Positions 1 to 9,319 of a stretch of DNA of 64,000 nucleotides are shown here, piece after piece (within the stretch, counting starts at the first letter, position 1; every line of letters begins with the position of its first letter). A program made the position numbers and the translations under genes. Location of the stretch: positions 2,304,001 through 2,368,000 of the forward strand of contig CBDCOX010000002.1 in assembly GCA_965219995.1 (NCBI GenBank), in the 5' to 3' direction. The notes below the pieces were generated by a model. It saw only the letters and a list, made by a program, of their open reading frames with translations. It was not told where the DNA came from and made no database searches. This DNA comes from Candidatus Latescibacterota bacterium. GTDB taxonomy: Bacteria; Latescibacterota; UBA2968; GCA-2709665.

Positions 1-587
1 CGCACGCGATAGAACTGTCACACCCTTCCGTCGCATCGAAGTGCTCAACGCCTTTCGGCATCAAAGATTTCTGCGCCGGGGCTATAAGGGGCTTATATGG
101 CGTTTCCTGTGTCGTGCTCAACGCCTTTCGGCATCAAAGATTTCTGCGCTGGATACCATGACAACAGACCACACGTGAAGATTCCAGTGCTCAACGCCTT
201 TCGGCATCAAAGATTTCTGCGCTCGTCAAGACTTGTGACCTTGACAGTAGGTTTAACGCGTGCTCAACGCCTTTCGGCATCAAAGATTTCTGCGCCCCAG
301 GACGTTCCCATCCGCGATTTCCAGGTCCATATAGTGCTCAACGCCTTTCGGCATCAAAGATTTCTGCGCGCCGCCTCTCGGGGCTGCCCGGTCGGGTGCT
401 GGTTCTGGTGCTCAACGCCTTTCGGCATCAAAGATTTCTGCGCCGACGGGGAAGACGTCGCGGATTGCCATTTCTGCCGGTGCTCAACGCCTTTCGGCAT
501 CAAAGATTTCTGCGCGACGGCGCGGCGGCGGTACGACGGTTTCAGCTTGAAGTGCTCAACGCCTTTCGGCATCAAAGATTTCTGCGC
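1..587 (-). CRISPR. CRISPR array (type I-B MYXAN-like repeat), cut off by the window start
   Basis: 8 identical 36-bp repeats GTGCTCAACGCCTTTCGGCATCAAAGATTTCTGCGC starting at 41, 114, 187, 260, 334, 408, 480 and 552, with 36-38 bp unique spacers; bases 1-3 (cgc) are the end of a further repeat. The minus-strand repeat has an ATGCC-GAAA-GGCGT hairpin and ends in GTTGAGCAC. Orientation is inferred from the leader/cas2 side. Confidence 0.98.
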
Positions 588-838
588 AGTATCCGTGTAA
601 CTGATTGTTTTTGAGGGACAAATTCGCCGACATGTCCTGCACTACACTGTATATGTCCTGCGTTCCGATAGCGTTACACCTCCCTGCAAAGTAAATTGTG
701 ATATTTCCGGTACTTACAAGCCGCAAGTATCTCATCGGAGAGTTTTCCTGCCTAACACACTGAAAATACGGGTCATACCAGGGATACTCGCGATTGGCTT
801 CTTGTCCATCCGTACATGCTTGTCATCGAGTATGCCCA
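588..838 (-). promoter_or_regulatory. CRISPR leader
   Basis: AT-richer non-coding stretch between the cas2 stop and the first repeat. Confidence 0.75.
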
Positions 839-1123
839 CTAAAGGATATCGAACCGGGGCGGCGGCTCCGTCCACGATCTGCTTTCGGTCCGCTCGACAA
901 TCTTGCACCGGGGGGAGAGTCGAATCACGAGCAGGTCGTCGTCTTCGCCCATCACCATCTCCAACTCATGTCTCGCCTGTTCCATCTGCGCCCGCGTCAA
1001 GTGACATCGATATACGGAATACTGCAACCGTTCCCCGTAACCGTTTACAATCTTGTGCACCCGACGCCACCGTTTGGGGTCGCGGATATCGTAACTGAAA
1101 AGATACCAGTGTCGTTCGCTCAT
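839..1123 (-). CDS. cas2: CRISPR-associated endoribonuclease Cas2
   Basis: WYLFSYDIRDPKRWRRVHK...YGERLQYSVY motif; the ATG overlaps the cas1 stop (ATGA at 1123-1120). Confidence 0.95.
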   Translation of the reverse strand: MSERHWYLFSYDIRDPKRWRRVHKIVNGYGERLQYSVYRCHLTRAQMEQARHELEMVMGEDDDLLVIRLSPRCKIVERTESRSWTEPPPRFDIL

Positions 1124-2772
1124 CCGCGCAGGCGCATACGGGCAAAAAGCCCTTCCTCGCCACTCCATTCCTTTTCCAGCAGGCGCGCCTCCAGTTCGAT
1201 CGCCCGCGCATAGCTCAGGGAATACCTCAACACCGGGTGTTTCCAGGATTCCTGCTTTCGCTGCTCGAAGAGGCGTACGGCCAGTCGTTTGCCCTCACTG
1301 GAAAGCCATACCTGTTTCTTGCTCACCGCGAGATGTTCCCCGGTCCATTGCCGCCTGTTGACGGACGCCACCAGAGGCATATCCCACAGCGTCGTGCGAA
1401 ACAACTCCATTACATCCAGCGCCAGTGGATGGGCGGCGGTGCGCGGCGCGTGAAAAAACCCGATGGTGGAATCCAGCCCCACCGCAATGATCGCGGCCAT
1501 CACCTCGCGGTACAACAAACTGTAACCGAAAGAAAGGGCCGCGTTGAAGCCGTCGAGCGGCGGACGACGACTGCGGCCAAAGAACGCCATCTGTTTTTCC
1601 TCTGGATCCAGCAATTGTGCAACGGCGGAAAAGTAATTGCGAGCCGCGATGCCCTCGCATCCTCGCAATGTGTCCGCTTCCGCGCAATCACCCAAGTCCC
1701 GAAGCTCGTTGCGCATGGCGTTTAGAAACGGCAGTACCTTTTCCCGTGCATTGCGAGTGCGCGACAGGCGGTTGACGAAGCGCAATTGGTTTTCGATTTT
1801 TGCCGCCGCCAGGCGACGGGCCAGACGCAGCCGCAGTTCGCCGTTCTGCAAAGCCTTGTATTGACGCAGACGGCGCTGTGCGCCGGCAGGCGGCGCGACG
1901 CCGCCGACGTACCAACCGCCGCCGCTGACCCAATGCACGGCAATGTCGTTGGCGGCGGCGAAGTGAATGGCCTGAGAGGTAATCTGTGCGCTGCCGTGCA
2001 GAATGACCGCTCCGACGTCCATCCCGGGAAACTTCCTCTCCTCTCCCGTAGAGTTGCGTACGGCAAGTTGCATACCGGCACGTCCGACCCGCGCATCACG
2101 ATCCACCACGTGCAGGACGCGGCGTGTGTCGTCTTTCGGAAAGAGCCGTCGCGGCTTGGAGAGACTTGCGGTATCGTCGGACGTGTCAACAGCGGCGGCA
2201 AGGCGTGATTCCTCTGGCAGGCACACCGGCGCGAGCGAACACTTGGCGCACAGGTTCTCGTTGTCCGTCACCGGCGGGCGTTCCAGAGAATGCGACAGTT
2301 CCCGCGCACGTGCCACGGCGTGCTGCAATTGTTCCAGGGCTGTATCGTCCACAGCCACGCGCACCGTCTTGTTGTTCGCGTGATAGCGTATGCGTCCTTC
2401 GGGAACCGGCCTGCCAAAGTGCTCGGAAAGGAGTACGGCGTAGGCAGTGACCTGGATTTTGTCGCTACCCCATGCGTCGTCCCCCTTGGAACGGCCCTTC
2501 TTGTGTTCAATGGCGACGAGTCGTCCGTCCCGGTAGCGAGCGAAATCCACTTTGCCGCGGATACCCCATTTCTCACTGGCGAGTTCCAGGCTCTGCCATT
2601 CGCGATTCTTATCTACTTCGGAATCATGCAGGGTTCGCCCGGCATGGACGCGGTGATCGGCAACTCGGATTTCTTCAATCTCTTCCAAATAGAAAAGTCG
2701 CTCGCAGTAAGCGAGCGCATGCAACGCCATGACGCGGATGATAGGGTTGGCCTTGTCCATCGCTTCCTCCAT
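1120..2772 (-). CDS. cas1: Cas4-Cas1 fusion (MYXAN type)
   Basis: N-terminal Cas4 (YCERL, GKVD, IEHKKG, CAKCSLAPVC Fe-S cysteines) followed by Cas1 (GCEGIAARNYF, NAALSFGYSLL, GFFH, LALDVMELFR). Confidence 0.95.
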   Translation of the reverse strand: MEEAMDKANPIIRVMALHALAYCERLFYLEEIEEIRVADHRVHAGRTLHDSEVDKNREWQSLELASEKWGIRGKVDFARYRDGRLVAIEHKKGRSKGDDAWGSDKIQVTAYAVLLSEHFGRPVPEGRIRYHANNKTVRVAVDDTALEQLQHAVARARELSHSLERPPVTDNENLCAKCSLAPVCLPEESRLAAAVDTSDDTASLSKPRRLFPKDDTRRVLHVVDRDARVGRAGMQLAVRNSTGEERKFPGMDVGAVILHGSAQITSQAIHFAAANDIAVHWVSGGGWYVGGVAPPAGAQRRLRQYKALQNGELRLRLARRLAAAKIENQLRFVNRLSRTRNAREKVLPFLNAMRNELRDLGDCAEADTLRGCEGIAARNYFSAVAQLLDPEEKQMAFFGRSRRPPLDGFNAALSFGYSLLYREVMAAIIAVGLDSTIGFFHAPRTAAHPLALDVMELFRTTLWDMPLVASVNRRQWTGEHLAVSKKQVWLSSEGKRLAVRLFEQRKQESWKHPVLRYSLSYARAIELEARLLEKEWSGEEGLFARMRLRG

Positions 2773-2805
2773 CTTTTCTGCCTTACCCTCTTACTGCTTG
2801 CCTGA

Positions 2806-3465
2806 TTAAGGTGGCACGATTTGGGGGAGTTGCATTCTATCGGGAGAGGTAAGGGATACAGTCTTCAGATCTCCCGTCACATAACGAGTTCCTTCAGACC
2901 CGACATGGTCTACCCAAACGGGCAGCGTAAGCCGGCCTCGCTCTGAGCAGACGAAAATCGCGCCTGTCTTTCCTGCGCTTCCAGGAAAGAGCTTTACTTC
3001 GTCAACAAGGTGCGTACTCTCACCAAGAGAAAGTCCTCCAAACCGTACAAGCAACTCTGGATGAGTTAATGCGTTCTCGACCCTCTGTTCCAATGAGGAT
3101 CCTGCCAATTCTTCGCCTGATGAGTTCAACCACAGAACGAGTTGCACACCAGTGAGGAGTTCCTGTTGAGCAGGTGTCCGATTATTGCCGTCTCCCATGT
3201 ACTGCGGTCTTTTGTCAGCACCCTTGCCTTGTGTATGGCTCTTCGTCCTCCATACGGTTCGGAGAATGGTGCTTCTTGCTGGACTTCCAATCAAGACGGG
3301 AGCAATTCGGCAACCGATGTGCCTATAGCGATCTGTCTCGCCCACCAGAGAGAGGAGAAATCCATAACACGTTGAGGGAGGTGGCAACGGCTCTGTCTCC
3401 AGATATTCGCGGGCTAAGCCCTTGCGAAAACATGCAACTGGAACTGTGACATAGACCCCAATCAT
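2806..3465 (-). CDS. cas5: Cas5 (DevS-like, MYXAN type)
   Basis: VPVACFRKGLAREYLETEPLPPPSTCYGFLLSLVG and RFGGLSLGESTHLVD motifs; position in the operon. Confidence 0.93.
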   Translation of the reverse strand: MIGVYVTVPVACFRKGLAREYLETEPLPPPSTCYGFLLSLVGETDRYRHIGCRIAPVLIGSPARSTILRTVWRTKSHTQGKGADKRPQYMGDGNNRTPAQQELLTGVQLVLWLNSSGEELAGSSLEQRVENALTHPELLVRFGGLSLGESTHLVDEVKLFPGSAGKTGAIFVCSERGRLTLPVWVDHVGSEGTRYVTGDLKTVSLTSPDRMQLPQIVPP

Positions 3466-3469
3466 GCTC

Positions 3470-4363
3470 TTAGCTCCCGAGTCTAGCAATTACGTCCTTC
3501 GCAGCATTACGCACTCCCTGAAAGACGGCTGCCCCCATTTTTTTCAGTTCGTTCGCAATCTCAGTCGTTGCGAAGTTGCCACCTATGACGAGTTCCGAGG
3601 CATCTATATCCTCAGCTTCGACGCGGGCCTGCAAGGCGGGAGCGTCGATTGTCTGGCCGTTTTGTTCAAAGATGTAGAGAATACGTGGGGCGGGATCATT
3701 GGTTAAGCGGAAAATGACGCTCTCCGGCGAAAAATCAAAGAGAAAGCGGCCATGATTTCCGGCGACCTCAGCAAGTTCACATAGGGCGGTAATGGCAGCC
3801 TTTGCCCGGTCTTTCTTGCGGAGTCGTTCGGGCGTAAGTGCAATCCCGTACTGATAGCGGGTTGCGTGAAGTTCGGTACCATAAGGAACTGGATTGTTCC
3901 CTTTCTTTGCAGCGCTTGGGGTTGCCCCAGGGCTGGCAGCATTAAACGTTACGTCACCTGCCCACGGCGATAAAGAAATCGCTCGCGTCACTTCAAGGAC
4001 AGTACGCCGGACGTTCGCACTACCCGCCTTTCCTTCTTCCTTTGCTGCTTCAGCAGTCATGTAGCCCAGTAGGTCATCATCAATAAAGGTCACGCCATTC
4101 GCTTTTTTCCAACCATTGAATTGATGATCTTGCCAAGTGTTTGTCCGTTGATCCTCATTCCAGCATCTGTTCGTCTTCTCGGCATCCGCCAAGCGTCGGC
4201 GAAGAGCGAAACGAACTGCTTCTGCACTCACTGTCGTATGGACCTGTCCTTGCCAGAGCAACTTCTGAAGGGTAGTAATGTTGCCATCACTTTCTCCACG
4301 GTTGTTCGCAGCAGTTCCGTGATGGGTGACAATGGCGGCGAAAAGATGTTGACTCATCGTCAA
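3470..4363 (-). CDS. cas7: Cas7 (DevR/Cst2-like)
   Basis: AANNRGE...TTLQK, VSAEAVRFALR, DDDLLGYM, PYGTELHATRYQY and AGNHGRFLFDFSPES motifs. Confidence 0.93.
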   Translation of the reverse strand: MTMSQHLFAAIVTHHGTAANNRGESDGNITTLQKLLWQGQVHTTVSAEAVRFALRRRLADAEKTNRCWNEDQRTNTWQDHQFNGWKKANGVTFIDDDLLGYMTAEAAKEEGKAGSANVRRTVLEVTRAISLSPWAGDVTFNAASPGATPSAAKKGNNPVPYGTELHATRYQYGIALTPERLRKKDRAKAAITALCELAEVAGNHGRFLFDFSPESVIFRLTNDPAPRILYIFEQNGQTIDAPALQARVEAEDIDASELVIGGNFATTEIANELKKMGAAVFQGVRNAAKDVIARLGS

Positions 4364-5946
4364 TCCTCCGTTTCTACAGCTTGTGTTAGATCAATGTTCT
4401 CCTGCTCTTTCCCTTGATAACTTGCGAGAGCAATTAAGGCTAAATCCCGCGTGAGTTGCCACTTCTCATTGCCCAGCAGAGGCAATACACGCGGCCATGC
4501 TTGGCGAAGCGCACTATTGGAACCAGCCCGACTCCATAGATCGGCAAGCGCATGTCTAAGGGCATTGGCAGTCTTGGCCCCGACGAAAGCAAGGCGTTGT
4601 CGCTCATACTCGCGAGTCATACGGTTTTTCATTGCTGCTTGATTGCGGGCATTCTCGGCTGCAATACGTCCGTACCGGCGTCGCATTGCCTCATGCACAG
4701 CTCGGACGATTATTTCTTCTCCAGGGTGGTCCCACTGAATTTCTTCGGTCATGGTATATAGTCCTCCTTTCTCGAACTTCAGGAAGTCTCGAATAGGCTT
4801 AGGTTTCTTCATTGTTTGGTCTTTAGCCGTCATGAGCCGACTGAATCCGGCATACCAACGGCGGCCCGAGGTAAGATTTTCGGCGATAAACGGCCGGGTG
4901 TAGCTTTTAGGCCAGAAGTATTCGCCTTTCTTATTCTTGCGTGGTGAAGGGGGAGTGAGGCCGGCCATAGCAACCTCAAATTGGTCTAGTGCAGTATCCG
5001 TTGTGTCAATGCTAACTTCAGTTACTGCGGAGGGGGGTTGAAGGCGTGAATTCCAATCAGTCGGACAACACCAGACACAACGGAGACCGGAAAGCGTCTC
5101 GTGGTCAAGGAGATTCCTACTCCGTAGTCGAATTTCCGCTTGAAGCGCGGCATCGGCAACATTGGCGATTTGGCAGTCTCGTACGTTCCTAGGGATTATG
5201 GTCGGCAAAAAATATTCCGCTTTTGAGAGCGTATTTAGGTCGGGAATCAGCAAAGCCGCGCCGGATTTGAACTTCCGGTTTCCGCGATCGTTGACCTTTT
5301 TTCCTCCAGCCTTCAAGGCCATTGTCCCGACAGGGGCAAACAGAAGTGGAAGGGCAAGTTCCGCGCTCTGCGTCGCCTGACTTGCAGGATGGGCGGCGTG
5401 TCGCTGGATTGCTCCTGGAAAGAGTGCGCTCGTCAGTCCGATCTGTTCCGTCAGACTGTCAACCATAAGCGCACTTCCATCTTTACCCTTACCACGACCT
5501 TGGGTGTTCTGATGTTTGTACCACGATAGTGGCAAATACCTGTAAGAGACAGGCTTATCGTCAACCTTATAGGTGCTCTCAATTGCGGTCTCGCTCCCTC
5601 TTGAGGTGGGTCCGTGGGCGTAGAAGCTCAATAACAACCCTTCGTGCAAGGCCGCGCGTACTTCGAGTGGAGGAGGAAGTTCTCCATACTGTCCTGGTAG
5701 ATGGATGAGCCCCTCTTGGATCTGAAAGGCAAGGTTGAACAGCCGATCAAAGAATGGCTTTGCTCTCTCATCGTCTTCCCAAGACAAAATTACCGAGCGT
5801 TCATCGAAAATCCACTGACCAAGTGGGCGTTCCGCCTCTGGAAGATTCTTGTCGATCCAATGTAACGTACTGACCAATCCCCCTAGTCCGGCTCTGTGGA
5901 GAGGGGTCATACCTGGTGCGAAAAGATCACATGTCAACGATTCCAT
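4360..5946 (-). CDS. cas8: Cas8a1/Cmx8 large subunit
   Basis: N-terminal LFAPGMTPLHRAGLGGL and C-terminal WQLTRDLALIALASY, typical of MYXAN Cas8; lies between cas3 and cas7. Confidence 0.88.
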   Translation of the reverse strand: MESLTCDLFAPGMTPLHRAGLGGLVSTLHWIDKNLPEAERPLGQWIFDERSVILSWEDDERAKPFFDRLFNLAFQIQEGLIHLPGQYGELPPPLEVRAALHEGLLLSFYAHGPTSRGSETAIESTYKVDDKPVSYRYLPLSWYKHQNTQGRGKGKDGSALMVDSLTEQIGLTSALFPGAIQRHAAHPASQATQSAELALPLLFAPVGTMALKAGGKKVNDRGNRKFKSGAALLIPDLNTLSKAEYFLPTIIPRNVRDCQIANVADAALQAEIRLRSRNLLDHETLSGLRCVWCCPTDWNSRLQPPSAVTEVSIDTTDTALDQFEVAMAGLTPPSPRKNKKGEYFWPKSYTRPFIAENLTSGRRWYAGFSRLMTAKDQTMKKPKPIRDFLKFEKGGLYTMTEEIQWDHPGEEIIVRAVHEAMRRRYGRIAAENARNQAAMKNRMTREYERQRLAFVGAKTANALRHALADLWSRAGSNSALRQAWPRVLPLLGNEKWQLTRDLALIALASYQGKEQENIDLTQAVETED

Positions 5947-8159
5947 CTGGCTCCTCTCTCCGGGTGGTAGTTAATATGTTTGGAAGGGGGCACTTTGGCG
6001 AACGCCACTTGAGGCCATTCTTTCCAGTCAAGACCTCTCGGTATGGTCATCGGAATACGGCCCCGGACAGGGTCCATTTCTCCACGCTCCACAGCGATCG
6101 CGTCTTCTTCAAGTAGGATGGTCAGCCCTAGGGTGCTTTCTCTGAGGTGACGCGGCATTGTTTCAAATCCTCCGTCTATCCAAGCACATTCCAGTGGTTT
6201 TCGCTTTCTCCCCACATCTAACGCGCTCCACGTCTGCGCTAGATCGCATTGAGAGATTGACCGCATTCCGAGGCGTTCCAGCCATAGACGTGCGGCGGCA
6301 AAGGGGTCCGGTTCCTCTTGACTTTTGTAAGGGGCAGCAGTGTCAGGTTCGGTTATGAGGAAGGGTTTAGGAGTCTTCGGATTCTTTGGCGTTGACCGTC
6401 GATTGAGACGGCCTAAACGCTGTATGAGAGATGAAACCGGGGCTAAGTCCGTCACCAATAGATCGGCCGAGATGTCTAGACTCATTTCTGCTACTTGTGT
6501 GGCAATTGCAAGAACGGCACCTCTTTGGCCAAAAGCGGAAATAATCCGGCCATGCTGCTGGACGCGGTCTTCGTATCGAAAGCGGCTATGATATACAAGT
6601 GGTTGAAAACCTCGCTCGGAAGCCTCGTCCGCAAGGCTGAGAGCGCGGCCCACCGTGTTAGCAATCCATAGGATTTTCTGGTTGTCCTTGTAGCTCTGTT
6701 CTACGACACCCCACGGTTCATCACTTAACGCTCTTAGGTAGCGAGGGAGAGCTTCTAAGTCCGTCGGACCAGAAATGGTCTCCAGTGATTCTTCAATTGA
6801 GGATAACGCCTTTTTGAGGGCATCAAGCCGCGATAGTGGTAGACTTGCTGTCATTAGCAGACATGGCACGCCGCGAAAGTTCAATAGGAAACGGAGTAGG
6901 CTGGAGAATAAGCGCTCATCATACGCATGAATTTCGTCGAAAACGAACGCCGCATCGACGAACGCCGGCCAAGCATACAGTCCTCTCCGTTGATTCTGAG
7001 TCAATCCGAGTACAGTATCTACCGTGCAGCTAGTTATGGAGGTAGACCATGCCTCAAGCGCCGCAAGGGGATTAACCTGCTCTCTATCATCATCTACTCC
7101 AAGCAGTTCCAAGTCCACAGCAGCACGGCTGTGAACGAGTTGAGTGTTCAATGTTGGATCAGTCAAATAGTCGCGAAAACCCTCCGTGGCTGTTCCCGTT
7201 GTCGGGTATGAAAAGTAAAGACGTCTTCCGGGTGCTCTTTGGGCCGCCCAGACATACGCCCCGAGAGTTTTTCCGCTCCCGCACCCGGCTTGAGCAAGGA
7301 CAACACGTGTTGTTGTCTTTCCAAGTGCTTCTTGGAAGGGTCGGAGAGGCATTCCTTGCAATCGTTCATCAACAATTCTACGGAGTTGGCCTGATGTGGG
7401 CTTTTGGCCCAAGACTCTCCGTATCCAGCAAGAAATCCTCTCCCCCTCTTTCGGTAACGCTGATCCAGCGACATCTGCCGCAATGAGACATGCTTTCATA
7501 GCGGCAAGGAAGCGGCGGTTATCGTTATCGCAAGAAGCCCAGAATGCGGCGGCTCTTCTTCTCGCCTGTCTCAAGAGTTGATGGGGAGAGGTTGGTCCGA
7601 CAAGCTGCCAAGTAAGATTCGTCAAAGTTGGCGGAACATCGAGGCTAAGCCACTTCGCCCCAACGGAGAGACTGCGCTGGAAGTCGGCATGTTCGAGAAG
7701 AAGTGATATTCGGATTCCCGTTCCTGCGGCTGGTTCGTCAGGCGGGAACTTCCGATGGTGGCCGGCAACGGCCCAGAGCAAGAATGACAGGTCTTCAGGT
7801 TCCGTAAGACCTTTCGACAGCCATTCCTTCAGCGGTGTTTCCTGAATAATGAGAAACGAGAGAGCTTCATGACGAATCGCCTGTTTCTGCCTTCTATTCT
7901 TCCTCACCATGTTCTGAAACTGGTCGTTCGCCTTACCCAAGTCATGACAGAAAGCGGCCAAGAGAACGGCTCGACAAAAGCGTTCCTTCCATATCGCTCT
8001 GGGTAAACCAATGGCAGACAATTGAGTATCAGCGGTTTCATCTAACAGAGCCTGTGCCGAAGCTAAAACATTCCCTGTATGGCCGGATAAAGCTTCGGCC
8101 CAGCGTGGTGCATCTGGAGTTTGACTGCTCTTCGCCAGCAGTCTCTTAAAAGTCGTCAT
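5934..8159 (-). CDS. cas3: Cas3 HD nuclease-helicase
   Basis: HD domain (HDLGK, HEALS, GHH) plus SF2 motifs AGCGSGKT, DEIH, MTAS, HSRF, TQVAEMSLDI and QRLGRLNR. Confidence 0.97.
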   Translation of the reverse strand: MTTFKRLLAKSSQTPDAPRWAEALSGHTGNVLASAQALLDETADTQLSAIGLPRAIWKERFCRAVLLAAFCHDLGKANDQFQNMVRKNRRQKQAIRHEALSFLIIQETPLKEWLSKGLTEPEDLSFLLWAVAGHHRKFPPDEPAAGTGIRISLLLEHADFQRSLSVGAKWLSLDVPPTLTNLTWQLVGPTSPHQLLRQARRRAAAFWASCDNDNRRFLAAMKACLIAADVAGSALPKEGERISCWIRRVLGQKPTSGQLRRIVDERLQGMPLRPFQEALGKTTTRVVLAQAGCGSGKTLGAYVWAAQRAPGRRLYFSYPTTGTATEGFRDYLTDPTLNTQLVHSRAAVDLELLGVDDDREQVNPLAALEAWSTSITSCTVDTVLGLTQNQRRGLYAWPAFVDAAFVFDEIHAYDERLFSSLLRFLLNFRGVPCLLMTASLPLSRLDALKKALSSIEESLETISGPTDLEALPRYLRALSDEPWGVVEQSYKDNQKILWIANTVGRALSLADEASERGFQPLVYHSRFRYEDRVQQHGRIISAFGQRGAVLAIATQVAEMSLDISADLLVTDLAPVSSLIQRLGRLNRRSTPKNPKTPKPFLITEPDTAAPYKSQEEPDPFAAARLWLERLGMRSISQCDLAQTWSALDVGRKRKPLECAWIDGGFETMPRHLRESTLGLTILLEEDAIAVERGEMDPVRGRIPMTIPRGLDWKEWPQVAFAKVPPSKHINYHPERGARWNR

Positions 8160-8779
8160 GGCGAATACCTTTTCGGCACAAAAACCCCACAGCCCATACG
8201 CCGCCGCCCGCCGAGCCCCCGTTCCTGCAACAAGATTGATTCTTCGGCCGTCAGTTCCGTCGCCAGAACTGAGTAGCCGACGATTCGCTTGCTTTTGACG
8301 CGAAGAATGCGGCGGCTCGGATCCGGTCCTTCGCCTCCCTTAGAACACTTCGGCACGCGGAATACCTTACCGCGAATGCCGAGGGAGGCCGATTGACGTA
8401 CAATTTCGGCGTCGAAGCGGGTTGGATTTTCGCCGTTCTTGGTAGTGACGTTCCGGCAATGCAATGTCGCCACCGGAACCAGGACCCTGGTCTCGCAGAC
8501 GCCGACGCGCAGCCTGCATCCGTTGAGGACGAGACTTTTTCCGGCAAGCTTCAGATATGTCCCGATGTCCTCGTGTGGCAAACGGATAACCAGGCGTGAC
8601 GAATCGGACAACAGGAGCATTCCATTTCCGTTATAAATGCCTCGGATTGCGTGAACACCGATTGCATCCGCGGTGTGTATTTCAGGCAGAATCCGGCTTA
8701 ACGCCGCATACAAAGCATAGCCATGGTCAACCGGAAGCGAGGTTCCATTCACGCGGAAAGCCAAATCAACGTACGGCAT
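8156..8779 (-). CDS. cas6: Cas6 (MYXAN type)
   Basis: LPVDHGYALYAALS N-terminus and GLGGRRRMGCGVFVP glycine-rich loop. Confidence 0.95.
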   Translation of the reverse strand: MPYVDLAFRVNGTSLPVDHGYALYAALSRILPEIHTADAIGVHAIRGIYNGNGMLLLSDSSRLVIRLPHEDIGTYLKLAGKSLVLNGCRLRVGVCETRVLVPVATLHCRNVTTKNGENPTRFDAEIVRQSASLGIRGKVFRVPKCSKGGEGPDPSRRILRVKSKRIVGYSVLATELTAEESILLQERGLGGRRRMGCGVFVPKRYSP

Positions 8780-8888
8780 CGTGTACTCCCGATTTCATAG
8801 GCAATGAACGACATCCGCGGCGCGACAAAGGGACGCCGACACAAGTAACCAGGCGATAGGCAGGCGTACACCTACAGGCAGGGGCTCC

Positions 8889-8913
8889 CAGGTATCGCAA
8901 AATGCGACACCTG
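8889..8913. promoter_or_regulatory. Palindromic candidate operator upstream of cas6
   Basis: CAGGTATCGCA-AAA-TGCGACACCTG (10/11 arm match), 110 bp upstream of the cas6 start. Confidence 0.5.
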
Positions 8914-8972
8914 TACGAGAGCAACTGCGGACATCGTCCAATCTGCCCCTTGCGTCGCTCCCGCCAGATACT

Positions 8973-9310
8973 CTCCCCGGCGCAATCCTTTCGGCCGCGA
9001 TCTCGCGCCTGAGGTCTTCCAGCGCAAGGACCATGCATCCCGGCCCCCATCCGCGGATCCACAGTTTTAGCCCTGACATGTTTACCCAGTGTCTCATCCA
9101 ATCCGCGCTAAGCGGTCTTCAGTGCTTCCGAAAGGCGTTCCACCTCGTACTCCCAACTACGGCGTGCGCTTGGACTGATACATTCGACGGCACTTACGCC
9201 ACCGCGACAGCGAGCAACTGCTGAGACCGATCCGAGTGCGATGACCGTTCGGCCTTCGACCTCATGCCGGGTGACTCTGTCGAAGGATTCGTCGGTCGGA
9301 TCCACCGGGA
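8973..9310 (-). pseudogene. Decayed WYL-domain regulator (paralog of 11147..12118)
   Basis: Fragments FDRVTRHEVEGRTV, EYEVERLSEALKTA and WIRGWGPGCMVLALEDLRREIAA align in order with LETLTRAWSERRQV, EFKVERIERAELLQTA and WIRGWGPECEVLEPEDLRQEIAA of the intact gene; DNA similarity is obvious between about 8973-9065 and about 11172-11265. Confidence 0.75.
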
Positions 9311-9319
9311 TTGCAGCGG

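Noticed and set aside
97-614. ORFs with repeated CSTPFGIKDFCA / VLNAFRHQRFLR peptides
   Set aside because: They are translations of the CRISPR repeats.
8795-9305. ORFs 8795..9097 and 9108..9305 as independent genes
   Set aside because: Better explained as fragments of a WYL pseudogene reading into the cas promoter region.
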